The position numbers and the translations under genes are program-made. Shown here piece after piece: positions 50,150 through 59,340 of a stretch of 64,000 bases of DNA. Source of the DNA: Nitrospirota bacterium (GTDB lineage: Bacteria > Nitrospirota > Nitrospiria > SBBL01 > JAADHI01); NCBI GenBank assembly GCA_029261215.1, contig JAJDBT010000118.1:9121-73120 (forward strand), given 5' to 3'. The notes under the pieces were generated by a model that was not told where the DNA came from, ran no database searches, and saw only the letters and a program-made list of their open reading frames with translations. Each line of letters opens with the position of its first letter. Position 1 is the stretch's first letter.

Positions 50150-53100
50150 TCAAGGTCCTTCAAGTCGGCTAGAATTTGTTGGTTTCGTCAAAACGGGTTT
50201 ACCGGAAGGGATTCCATCGCAAGCGTTTCCAATACCGTCTCGATCATCATCTTCCTGTCCGAAATTTGCCACAAAAGGACAGTTATCCACATCATCGTTA
50301 AAGCCATCGCCGTCTCCATCCAAAATCGAGAGCTCACAGGCATCCCCTATGTCGTTTCCATTCACATCAACTTGATCCGGGTTTGCAATATTGGCACAAT
50401 TGTCTATTTGATCCGGAACCCCGTCCCCATCACTGTCTCCCGGTAGATCCGCATCCGGCCCCAGCATGCGCACCACATAGGTGCTGTTCGGATCAAGACG
50501 TACAGCATATTGGGCCCCAACTTCATTAGAAATACACTTAGGCCCCGGAGGACAAAACTCTTCCGCTCTTGAACCCAAAAATGAAATTTCAGCTTGTCCC
50601 ACCTTCGTACACGTTTCTCCCACCACCCGGCATGTCACTCCGACAGCCGTGACATTTCCCGGCATACCTGTATCGACATTTAAATGAGTATAAAACAGAC
50701 TGTTAAAAGCGGTAATATTCACCAGGGAATTGCCCGTGAGCGGTGTCACTGAGGGAGAAACCGCATTTCGTGTCCCTTTGAGGATGTTTAAACCAAAGGG
50801 CAGATCAAAAATAATAAAACGCCCACTATTTCCCGTTTGATTCAGCAAGGGATCCACGTCCAGTGCATCGTTCAAATACCGCACAACGCCGACCGGGTTT
50901 CCATCCAGATCACGAGGGTCAACAAGCACATCCTTGACCGAACTGCGTTGACTTAACAGAATCGAAAGGTTGTCAGAACCCGAGTTAAGCGCGATCAGGT
51001 CATTATGCCCGTCCTGATTCAAATCACTCATTAGCAACGCTTTTGGCGCACTGCCCACGGTAAAAGATTTTGAAGGGAGATCAAATCGGCCATCGCCTTT
51101 TCCTGCCACCACAGAAAGGGTGCCGCTTCCTTCATTCGCAATTACGATATCAAGGGTCCCGTCTTGCTCAAAATCAAGTACGAGCAGTGCGCGTGGCATC
51201 GTTCCGGGTGTCAGGGGACAATTTTCATTGATGGGGTCTGTCGCAGGGTTCGGGCCGGGGAAACAATCAACCTTGTCAAAACGATCATTCCCATCCCCTT
51301 TAAAAATAGACAAATCATCAGAACCCGCGTTAAGCACAACAATATCAAGAAGACCATCCGCGTTGAAGTCCCCAACCCCGATGTCGCTCGGATTGTCTCC
51401 CGCGACAAGTGCGGTATTGATTGATCCGTCCCCACTCCACAAAAGGGAGACAACTCCCGAATTGGTCGCCACCGCGAGATCCAGAATATTGTCATCATTA
51501 AAATCCCCTGTCGCAATCCCTGTCGGCGAACCCGCGACCGCACAAGGGGTCGGGCAGGGTGAGTTATTGACAGAGAATCCTCCTCTCCCGTCACCCACCA
51601 GGACCGAAAGGTTGTTTGAGCCCTCATTCGCAATCACAAGGTCAAGCCGCCCATCCCGGTTTAAATCAGCCACCTTGATATGCCCAGGCGCCGTACCCAG
51701 ACCCGCTGTGATGGGCGTAAGAGTCGAAAACGCGCCATTCCCTGTCCCCCACAAACGTGAAATAGAGTTTGATCCCCGGTTGACAACGACGAGATCCGTG
51801 AAACCATCCTGATTAAAATCTCCCGCAGCAATCGCCGCCGGATCGTTTTCAACACCAATTGAAGCGGGCGTCGCCGGAATAAACCCGCCATTCGCCTGAC
51901 CTAAAAAAATCTGCACCTGATCCGGCGCGTGCACAACGGCCACATCAGGATAAACATCCTCATTAAAAAAACCTGCCGTCATGGCCTTCACACCTGAACC
52001 TGTCGAAAGAGTACTGACCGCATCGACAATCGTCTGCGCAACCACCTCACCCGCCACAAGGCCCTTTTGTAAATCAAGACTCACGCCCGCCTGAACCGCC
52101 AGCTGAGACAACTCTGGTTCCGATGTCACATAAAATTGAGCGTCCGTCTGTGGGTTCAATCCGGTTTTGAGTTGATCATTATATGTATCGATGAACCCAT
52201 TTTTAACCACCTTGGTTAAAAATGAACCATTTGCAGGAATCGGCACCCCGGGTGAAACCGTCAAGGATTCGGATGTAAAACGACTTCGCTCTCCCAATAA
52301 TGAAAGCGCTGCACCCGAAACCGGATGATTGTGCAGATCACTCAGATTGCCTCTTACAGGCACATTCAAGGGAACATGGTTCAGCGCAATATCCACCTTG
52401 TGCACACTGTCCGGAAAAACACGGATAATTTGATTGCCAGAATCATCCGAACCGGCAGTCTTGAGCATGACCAGTCCGGGAGGAATGTTTCGGATTAAAA
52501 ACAGACCATTATCTGTTGTTTCAGTTAATGCAAAATCCAGAACCCCGGCGGCATTAAAATAGCTGATATTCCCCACAGGATTTCCGCTTGTCATCACATG
52601 ACCATTCTGATCGATCATCTGCGTCGTCAAAAGCTGTACTTCGTTGTTTCTGCCTCCCAGGCGTCGGTTAATCACGCGCCCCAGAATCGCCCCAGAGCCA
52701 TTTGTCGCACCAATGAATCCGTTTGAGACCAAGGTCAGATCGAGGTTAAGATCCTGGCCTCCGGTATTCACCGACTGATAGGTTGTCACATGTGTGCCGC
52801 CTGACTTTTCAAGGCGAATCAAAATCGTATTATTTGCGAGCAAAGGGGCGATTGCTTCCGAATCTGTTCCGGCTGCAATCGCATATGTCCCTGTCGCAGC
52901 ATCTGAATTAGCGAAGATCTCTGAAAGCCCCATCACACGCATTGAGACACCGCCCACAGGGGTCAACCCATCTTCCTCTAAAACAGTGCCTGACAGGCCA
53001 ACGGTATACCATGTCGGAGGCAATGCCGAGACGGAAGCGGGGTCTACCCGAAGCGCCGTTTCCATCCGCATGTTCAGGAGGGTCAGGCTATTCGGAAACA

Positions 53101-54382
53101 CGGAGGCAAGCGCATTACCCGTTGACTTCACCCTTAAGCCCGAGCCGTCGGTCGCATCAACCACTGCGTAAGCCTTTAAATAAACATCACCCGGAGGCAG
53201 GTTCAGAATCAGAAAGATCCCTTCCGTCGAGGTTTGCACCTGACATCCCGAAATACTCGCATTGTTGCAGACCGGAAAATCGCTGCCCGTGGGAAAATAA
53301 AAGGTCTCGCCAATGGGATTTCCTTCAGCATCCGTTGCGATGACCACAGCCCCGTCTTTTCTGCCTACATTTCCTTCAATCCCGACGGCCTCGGAAATAT
53401 TACCCAATAACATGCCCCGGCCGGAAATCAAGGAAGCTCCAGCAGCCAGAACCAACTGCTGGACATCTTGATTGGCAACACTCGAAAAATCGATTGTGAT
53501 CTCCGGAGTTACGGCGTTCGCTGTTAAGTCGGCCAGGTCGGTAAAAACAGTCTGATAGGTATCTATGTGTCCTGCCGCAGCGACCTTGGAGAGAAATACA
53601 CTTTCGGAACCCAGCCCTGAAGCACTGAAAGCACCGCGTCCCGTCGTCGTAATCGAACCCGCCAGTCCGGGAAAACTGATTTGGCTTGGGCCAACACCGG
53701 TTTCTTTATCCCTTTCCCGCACCACCCCGGCAATATTAGAGGTCGGGAGGGCGACAGGAAAAACAGACATATCGAGCAAGGAGACACTTCCCGCATAAAT
53801 GTTCACCCGTCCGTTTCCTCTGCCGCCTTGCACCGCCTTGACAAAGTGCTGTCCGGGCGGCACATTCAAAGCGGTGAAACTCCCTGAAACTGCGGTTCCC
53901 GTGGTATTAATAAATTCAGGGATGCCGTTAATCCCGTTAAACAAAATAGATGCGACCAATTCGCCATCCGCATTGGTCACTCCGCCTTTGACGGAACCAT
54001 CTATGTTCCTAATAATGCGTCCGGCTTTATCTGTTCCGCCGATTGAAACACTGGGGAGCGGGCGACCGAGGCGGTCCACAACAACCCCACTCAACACTCC
54101 CAGATCTGCCGATTGCTCAGCAGTGCCAGGAACAGCGGTGATCAGGTTTTTAACATCCGCACCGGAAACAATTCGAAGATTACTTAATGTGCCCAGTATT
54201 TCGCTGGTGCCTGTTTTAAAATTGAATGTATAGGTTGGAACCAAAGGAACTTGAAAGCGGCCACCCGTTCGCTCTCCGACGGGGAAGGGGTCTGAGTTGC
54301 ATCCCTGAAAAATAAAGAGACCCCCCAACAGCGTTAAGATAAGTCCTTTAAAAAAAAGAGGGGTTTTCAAGTACTTCAACAT
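50150..54382 (-). CDS. Giant mosaic lipoprotein: CarboxypepD_reg-like beta-sandwich modules + seven FG-GAP/VCBS repeats + C-terminal thrombospondin type-3 (Ca-binding) repeats
   Basis: Lipobox FQGC is present. At least four modules end in the motif N(V/L/I)PPG...(L/V)K. Seven GDFN.DG..D(L/I)V..N.GS..LS(V/I) repeats span aa ~798-1146 (nt 50945-51991). TSP3 motifs DSDGDGVPDQIDNC..NPDQ.D and DGDGDGFNDDVDNCP span nt 50213-50440. Confidence 0.85.
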   Translation of the reverse strand: MLKYLKTPLFFKGLILTLLGGLFIFQGCNSDPFPVGERTGGRFQVPLVPTYTFNFKTGTSEILGTLSNLRIVSGADVKNLITAVPGTAEQSADLGVLSGVVVDRLGRPLPSVSIGGTDKAGRIIRNIDGSVKGGVTNADGELVASILFNGINGIPEFINTTGTAVSGSFTALNVPPGQHFVKAVQGGRGNGRVNIYAGSVSLLDMSVFPVALPTSNIAGVVRERDKETGVGPSQISFPGLAGSITTTGRGAFSASGLGSESVFLSKVAAAGHIDTYQTVFTDLADLTANAVTPEITIDFSSVANQDVQQLVLAAGASLISGRGMLLGNISEAVGIEGNVGRKDGAVVIATDAEGNPIGETFYFPTGSDFPVCNNASISGCQVQTSTEGIFLILNLPPGDVYLKAYAVVDATDGSGLRVKSTGNALASVFPNSLTLLNMRMETALRVDPASVSALPPTWYTVGLSGTVLEEDGLTPVGGVSMRVMGLSEIFANSDAATGTYAIAAGTDSEAIAPLLANNTILIRLEKSGGTHVTTYQSVNTGGQDLNLDLTLVSNGFIGATNGSGAILGRVINRRLGGRNNEVQLLTTQMIDQNGHVMTSGNPVGNISYFNAAGVLDFALTETTDNGLFLIRNIPPGLVMLKTAGSDDSGNQIIRVFPDSVHKVDIALNHVPLNVPVRGNLSDLHNHPVSGAALSLLGERSRFTSESLTVSPGVPIPANGSFLTKVVKNGFIDTYNDQLKTGLNPQTDAQFYVTSEPELSQLAVQAGVSLDLQKGLVAGEVVAQTIVDAVSTLSTGSGVKAMTAGFFNEDVYPDVAVVHAPDQVQIFLGQANGGFIPATPASIGVENDPAAIAAGDFNQDGFTDLVVVNRGSNSISRLWGTGNGAFSTLTPITAGLGTAPGHIKVADLNRDGRLDLVIANEGSNNLSVLVGDGRGGFSVNNSPCPTPCAVAGSPTGIATGDFNDDNILDLAVATNSGVVSLLWSGDGSINTALVAGDNPSDIGVGDFNADGLLDIVVLNAGSDDLSIFKGDGNDRFDKVDCFPGPNPATDPINENCPLTPGTMPRALLVLDFEQDGTLDIVIANEGSGTLSVVAGKGDGRFDLPSKSFTVGSAPKALLMSDLNQDGHNDLIALNSGSDNLSILLSQRSSVKDVLVDPRDLDGNPVGVVRYLNDALDVDPLLNQTGNSGRFIIFDLPFGLNILKGTRNAVSPSVTPLTGNSLVNITAFNSLFYTHLNVDTGMPGNVTAVGVTCRVVGETCTKVGQAEISFLGSRAEEFCPPGPKCISNEVGAQYAVRLDPNSTYVVRMLGPDADLPGDSDGDGVPDQIDNCANIANPDQVDVNGNDIGDACELSILDGDGDGFNDDVDNCPFVANFGQEDDDRDGIGNACDGIPSGKPVLTKPTNSSRLEGP

Positions 54383-54494
54383 TTTTCACCTAAGAAATAA
54401 AATCTTACGATATTACCAACACGATTTTACAACACTGCTTTATCGAAATGCCAGTTTATCGGATAATCAGCCTCTTTATATCTCTATACGGCCC

Positions 54495-57400
54495 CTAAAA
54501 ACTGTAACTCAGTTCCAAATAAATACGGTTGCTGTCTTTAAAAAAGCCGATAAAATCAAACTGCCCAACCTCTTCCCCGCGGTCACCCACAAAAATATCA
54601 CTGCCAAAAATAGCTTTCACATTGTCGCTCAGCCTCGTCTCAAGCGCTGGCCGGAAGAGAAAATCCGCTTCGTTAATAAAATAGAGGGACAGGATTCTAA
54701 GTACGAGTTCTTCATTCATGAATGTTTTTCTCATAAAATGAGCGGCAACGGTATCAATGCGATCCTGTAATATTGTGGCGTTCCAGCCCGGAATGTACTG
54801 TTGAATAAACTGCAGGGACATATCCGCACCCAAAAGGGAAAAATCAAGACCGACGGCATATTTCATATAATCGCGCTGTAGTTCACCCAGCAGCGGGGAT
54901 TGATCTTCACTCAGATCAGCGCTGGCGGCAGCAGCCGCATCGATATCCAGTAATGTCCCAAAGAGTTTTCCAAAAACATAGGCATATTCGGCATTCAGCA
55001 CAACACGGCCAAAACTTTTTGAAAGAGTCGTGCCTACGGTGGTAATACGGTGCATCCTTGGCTCAAATTGGACTTCTGGCGGGTCAGAAAATGGATTTAG
55101 GCCCGCGCCGAGGATCGACCGGAAACTCGCAGGAAAATCATCCCATTGATAAAAAACAGTCATTCCGACTTCCCAGTCTTTTATCGTCTGAACGAGCCGT
55201 CCGGCAATTTCTGTATTTTGAAAAGCATTCACATTCAAGTTCAAGGAATCATCCAGAAAAGCTTCTGGGGCAATAAACCCCGGCAGAATCTGAAACTGCT
55301 CAAATTCTGAACCGGACGGGGCCGGTTTATGCGGGACGGCTTCGGTAATCCAAATGAGCTCCAATCGCGCATCCCCTGGGAAAAAGTCTGCCTTCAGCAT
55401 CATCAAGGGAATAAAGCGATCTTCAACTTCTCGTAAAATAAATTCACCAAAATCAAAAGGGTTAATCTCGTCCGTCACCCGCGCACCAGGGACAACCCCC
55501 CAGCGCACGATCTGCTTTCCGATACGAAGATCCATATTTTTAAAATGTGCATCAATATAAAATTCTCTCAAATCAACACTATGCCGATTCTGCTCCACCG
55601 CACGTGAATTTTCGACATCCACGCCAGCGACTTCTTCTCTTGTCGGCGATTGCGGAAGCGTCGTCAGGATTGTATTGTCAAAGCGCCTTGGACTAATCGT
55701 GTCCACATCGACAAAATCATAAATCGCATCATAAAATGTGCGCCCACGGCCGGTAATTTGATATCTTGGAGAAAATGCATACCGACCGTTTAAACGAAGT
55801 AATGTCAGCGCTTTTGTAAAAGTGACCGGACTGTTAATCCGGTAAGCCACTTCATGTTTTAGGGTACCGTCCCATTGGAAATCCTGGAGTAACAAAGGAG
55901 AGTCCTCGGTTGCAAGGTCGGCCTCATCACCCCAATTCAGCCATTTTTCGAATATAGTTTGGTCTGAACTCCCTTTCCCAAAATGAAACCGGAGCGCCAT
56001 TCGGGCTTCAAAACCATCCAGATTTATTCTCAAAATCCGAGGCCGTGTCCCCTCACGCACTTGATCATTGTCACAGGTAATGGTGGTCAGGGTTTGCCCT
56101 CTTGTCTGGTTGTCTCCTAATTGAAAACAGGGATTGACCGATACGCCAGGCTGGCCCGCCGTAGAACCCCGAAAGCCGGATGGAAATTCCCGCTCGACCC
56201 TGAGTTTTGTCACCGTTCCCCAAAGATAGTTGACGCCTAAACCCACTGAAAACCAGGGACGGATAAAAACTTCCCCTCCCAGTCCGGCCCGCGTTGTAAA
56301 ACTCCGACCTCTTGCTTCAAAAGACCCCAGAGAAACAAAAGGCCCGCCGGTTGGATTTTCTTCTGCGCGAATCAGAGCATCCGCTGTTAAATTAACAAAT
56401 GAGCCGCCCAATAGTCCGAGATCCATATAAATACGACCGATTTCAGGGTCGTTCAAGAGGGCATACCGCCATGAAAGGAAAACTTGATTGATGCTCAGGT
56501 TATATCGGGCGCTTCTTGGCAGCAGGCCAGATCGTGTGGGTGAGAATTGAAAAGGGATCAAATCAGTTCTGACGGTGTTGCTTTGCCATTCCGAAAGGCT
56601 CAATACCAGACCATTTCGCTCATTGATGCTCCACTCTGCTTCTATTCCGAGTGTTTCACTGCCTTTAATTTCTTCCATCGCCAAATTTCTTACTTCTGAT
56701 ACAAAACCTGGATTTGAAGGGAGAATATGATTTGGGTCTTGAGCAATGACTGTTTTTGGGTCACTCAACACCTGATTTAGATTTTCCAGAGAAGGTTTGT
56801 AATACCCCGTAGTGAGGCTGACGCTCAGTTGCGTCGCGCCCGACTTCCATTTGGGATAAAGAAATTCCAGATCTGTCGCCGCCGTCAATCCAAAGGTCAC
56901 GATGTCCTGATCATAGGCGCCCAAAGATTGAACTTGGCCACTATTAATATCGACTAAATCAATGTCCGAAGCCACGGGAAGGTTTGAAAGGTTTTTGTTT
57001 CGCGCAAAATTGGCAAAAAAAGTCACTCCAGGCTGAAGGTCATAAGAAAAACCTGCCGTTGCGCTGTACAGCTGATTCTGACGCTTGCGGCGAATTCCTC
57101 GGCTTAGGGCAAATGAATCGGCATTTAAATAATCGGACACGGCATAACTTGCGCCCAGTGTCAATGTTAAGTCGGGACCCAGGTCACGGATGTAATTTCC
57201 AGAGAGGGTTTGCGTGATTCTTTCCTGATCGTTCGCGAGCACATGACTCAGCCCATAGGTATATGATCCCTGAACCCGGCCTAAATCAAAGCCAAACAGA
57301 GAAAGATTCTGCGCCAGAATGCCACTGCCCGTTGCCGTTTTGGTACTAAAAATCGGGTTACTATAGATCTCGATATCCTGATAACTCAGACGGAGTGTAA

Positions 57401-59231
57401 CCGAGGAGGGGAAAACAGCCTGGCGTGATACTTCGGCCGTGTAGCCATTGATCCGAATAAACTTCCCTTTACTTAGGGTATCGCCATACATCGTCCCCAT
57501 TCTAAAATTGTAACCCAATACCACACTATAGGATGAAATAAACTGCGCATATAAAAGACTTGCGCCAGTATTGACAAAATAAAGCTGAGAATGGTGAAGC
57601 AGGCGCGTATTGAAATTAATCTGAAAAGGAATTTTGAGCAGTTCCTTTTTTTTCAAATAATAGGTTAATGCAAGATTGGATTCAGAGCTTACTTCACTGA
57701 TCGGCACCTGACTCCGCGTACTATTGCTATCAAACGAGACGGCCATGTCGGAATAGCTGACATTGAACTTTTTTTCATATAAATCAACGCGACCCTGTGC
57801 AATTTTTTTCATCCTTGCTTCTCTGTCTTTAGACAAGTCGAGTACCGCGTGATACGCATCCAATGCGTTTTGAATCTCATCTTTTTTTTCATACAGAATG
57901 CCAAGCCGCATATGTGCCCCGGCTTCCAATGGCCTTACAGTCACCGCATCTTTGTAGATTAAAATGGCCTTATCAAGGTCGTTCATCTTTTCATAAATTT
58001 CACCCAGCAGGAAATAACTGAGATAATGATTCCGATCAATTTCAATGGCCGCTTTGAGCTTTTGCTCCGATTCCTTCAAATCGCCTTCTTCCAGGGCGAT
58101 CTGGCCCAGATGGTAGTGGACAAGCACCTGTTTCGGTAAATACGTAAGCACAACAAGAAATGCTGCCCGCGCACCTTCAAAATCTTTCCTGGAAAGTAAT
58201 CGGCCTCCTTCTCTCAAAAGTGATTGAACCAGAATTCCGATTTCCGGGGTTTCCCCTATTTGGGATAGCTTTTGCCTCGCAATCATCACTTCTTGTTGCT
58301 TTGGATCGCTAACTTCCTGTAACAACCCCTGATATTCGCTAATCGCCTTGTCAATTTCACCTTTATTTTCATAGGTTTGTCCTAGAAATAATCGTGCTGA
58401 AAATAAATCGGGCTTTTGCTCAAGCGCTTTTCTTAATCTATCAACCGCTTCATCCAATTGTCCTTTCTGAATCGCAATGATCCCCAGACTAAAAAGCGCC
58501 TTTGGATTTTCGGGGTCGAGAATTAATCCTTTTTGAAACAGATCTGTTGCCTCTGCAATCAAACCTTGTTTTAAGTGCGCTGTCCCATTTTGGAAGAAAG
58601 CTTCTGCATGTTTTTTCAGAAGAGCAATTTGGGACTCTGCCTGCTTTTTTTCAGGGCCCTCACCTTTAGACGCAACGGCAGCACGATATCGCTCAATGGC
58701 TTTAAATATTTCCCCCTGACTTTGGAACAATAAGCCCAAATAATAGTGGCCCCCCGGATAGTCAGGGTTGACATCAATCGCACGTTCAAAGGCAGCGATG
58801 GCTTTTTTATTTTCTTTCGTTGCGGCATAAGCCTGCCCGAGTAAAAGGTGTCCTGCTAATAAACTCTCGTCTATTTCAACAGCCTGCCTAAGCACCTCTA
58901 TTGCCCGATCAATCTCACCTTTTCGAGTATAGATAATCCCAAGCAGAAGATAGGAGGGTGTATGCCTCGGGTTTACCAACAAAACGTCCTGAAAAGCAGA
59001 GATAGCCTGGCTCAATTTTCCCTCACCCATCAAGGCCCTTCCTTCCTCAAAGATGGCCCGCTCAGTTAGGTTAGGGCTTGTTTGGGCCTGTACAGGAGAG
59101 GGAATAAAGAAGAATAATCGTCCGACTAAAAAGAGAATACCCACGAAAGCAATGAACGCTTTCTTTGGGACAAGATCCTTAAAGATCGGTTTTTGAGGTC
59201 GCACCTTCACTAAAAAATCAAGTCTCCACAA
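54495..59231 (-). CDS. Giant outer-membrane protein: signal peptide + ~415-aa TPR array + up to three tandem beta-barrel-like modules (the C-terminal one DUF1302-like)
   Basis: TPR repeats span aa 55-470. After that, the pattern is amphipathic beta strands. Segments end ...GLTAATDLEF (aa 790), ...FEARMALRFHF (aa 1084) and ...RIYLELSYSF (aa 1578). The block LREFYIDAHFKNMDLRIGKQIVRWG resembles DUF1302. The TTG start is uncertain. Confidence 0.8.
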   Translation of the reverse strand: MWRLDFLVKVRPQKPIFKDLVPKKAFIAFVGILFLVGRLFFFIPSPVQAQTSPNLTERAIFEEGRALMGEGKLSQAISAFQDVLLVNPRHTPSYLLLGIIYTRKGEIDRAIEVLRQAVEIDESLLAGHLLLGQAYAATKENKKAIAAFERAIDVNPDYPGGHYYLGLLFQSQGEIFKAIERYRAAVASKGEGPEKKQAESQIALLKKHAEAFFQNGTAHLKQGLIAEATDLFQKGLILDPENPKALFSLGIIAIQKGQLDEAVDRLRKALEQKPDLFSARLFLGQTYENKGEIDKAISEYQGLLQEVSDPKQQEVMIARQKLSQIGETPEIGILVQSLLREGGRLLSRKDFEGARAAFLVVLTYLPKQVLVHYHLGQIALEEGDLKESEQKLKAAIEIDRNHYLSYFLLGEIYEKMNDLDKAILIYKDAVTVRPLEAGAHMRLGILYEKKDEIQNALDAYHAVLDLSKDREARMKKIAQGRVDLYEKKFNVSYSDMAVSFDSNSTRSQVPISEVSSESNLALTYYLKKKELLKIPFQINFNTRLLHHSQLYFVNTGASLLYAQFISSYSVVLGYNFRMGTMYGDTLSKGKFIRINGYTAEVSRQAVFPSSVTLRLSYQDIEIYSNPIFSTKTATGSGILAQNLSLFGFDLGRVQGSYTYGLSHVLANDQERITQTLSGNYIRDLGPDLTLTLGASYAVSDYLNADSFALSRGIRRKRQNQLYSATAGFSYDLQPGVTFFANFARNKNLSNLPVASDIDLVDINSGQVQSLGAYDQDIVTFGLTAATDLEFLYPKWKSGATQLSVSLTTGYYKPSLENLNQVLSDPKTVIAQDPNHILPSNPGFVSEVRNLAMEEIKGSETLGIEAEWSINERNGLVLSLSEWQSNTVRTDLIPFQFSPTRSGLLPRSARYNLSINQVFLSWRYALLNDPEIGRIYMDLGLLGGSFVNLTADALIRAEENPTGGPFVSLGSFEARGRSFTTRAGLGGEVFIRPWFSVGLGVNYLWGTVTKLRVEREFPSGFRGSTAGQPGVSVNPCFQLGDNQTRGQTLTTITCDNDQVREGTRPRILRINLDGFEARMALRFHFGKGSSDQTIFEKWLNWGDEADLATEDSPLLLQDFQWDGTLKHEVAYRINSPVTFTKALTLLRLNGRYAFSPRYQITGRGRTFYDAIYDFVDVDTISPRRFDNTILTTLPQSPTREEVAGVDVENSRAVEQNRHSVDLREFYIDAHFKNMDLRIGKQIVRWGVVPGARVTDEINPFDFGEFILREVEDRFIPLMMLKADFFPGDARLELIWITEAVPHKPAPSGSEFEQFQILPGFIAPEAFLDDSLNLNVNAFQNTEIAGRLVQTIKDWEVGMTVFYQWDDFPASFRSILGAGLNPFSDPPEVQFEPRMHRITTVGTTLSKSFGRVVLNAEYAYVFGKLFGTLLDIDAAAAASADLSEDQSPLLGELQRDYMKYAVGLDFSLLGADMSLQFIQQYIPGWNATILQDRIDTVAAHFMRKTFMNEELVLRILSLYFINEADFLFRPALETRLSDNVKAIFGSDIFVGDRGEEVGQFDFIGFFKDSNRIYLELSYSF

Positions 59232-59271
59232 AAAAATAGGTCATGAAGCAGTTCATGCTCGATAAACAGAT

Positions 59272-59303
59272 AAAAAAAAGGGGAAGACTTTTAAGTCTCC
59301 CCC
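59272..59303 (-). terminator. Rho-independent terminator after the 287-aa secreted-protein gene
   Basis: The minus strand reads GGGGGAGAC-TTAAAA-GTCTTCCCC followed by TTTTTTTT. This is a 9-bp stem with one G-U pair, starting 38 nt after the stop codon. Confidence 0.85.
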
Positions 59304-59340
59304 TTTAAAATAGCTTAATTTCGCTTTTTTTACGATTTTC

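Noticed and set aside
51120-51812. 230-aa plus-strand ORF, one of several other 60-145-aa ORFs on both strands between 50.4 and 54.3 kb
   Set aside because: All of them lie inside the 1410-aa FG-GAP gene, whose frame shows seven regular repeats and TSP3 motifs. The alternative frames give Ser/Pro/Arg-rich low-complexity products.
54495-59231. Calling the TPR-barrel protein a PgaA/BcsC/PelB-type exopolysaccharide exporter
   Set aside because: The architecture is reminiscent, but no polysaccharide synthase, glycosyltransferase or deacetylase genes occur in the window, and the C-terminal part looks DUF1302-like. The function is left open.
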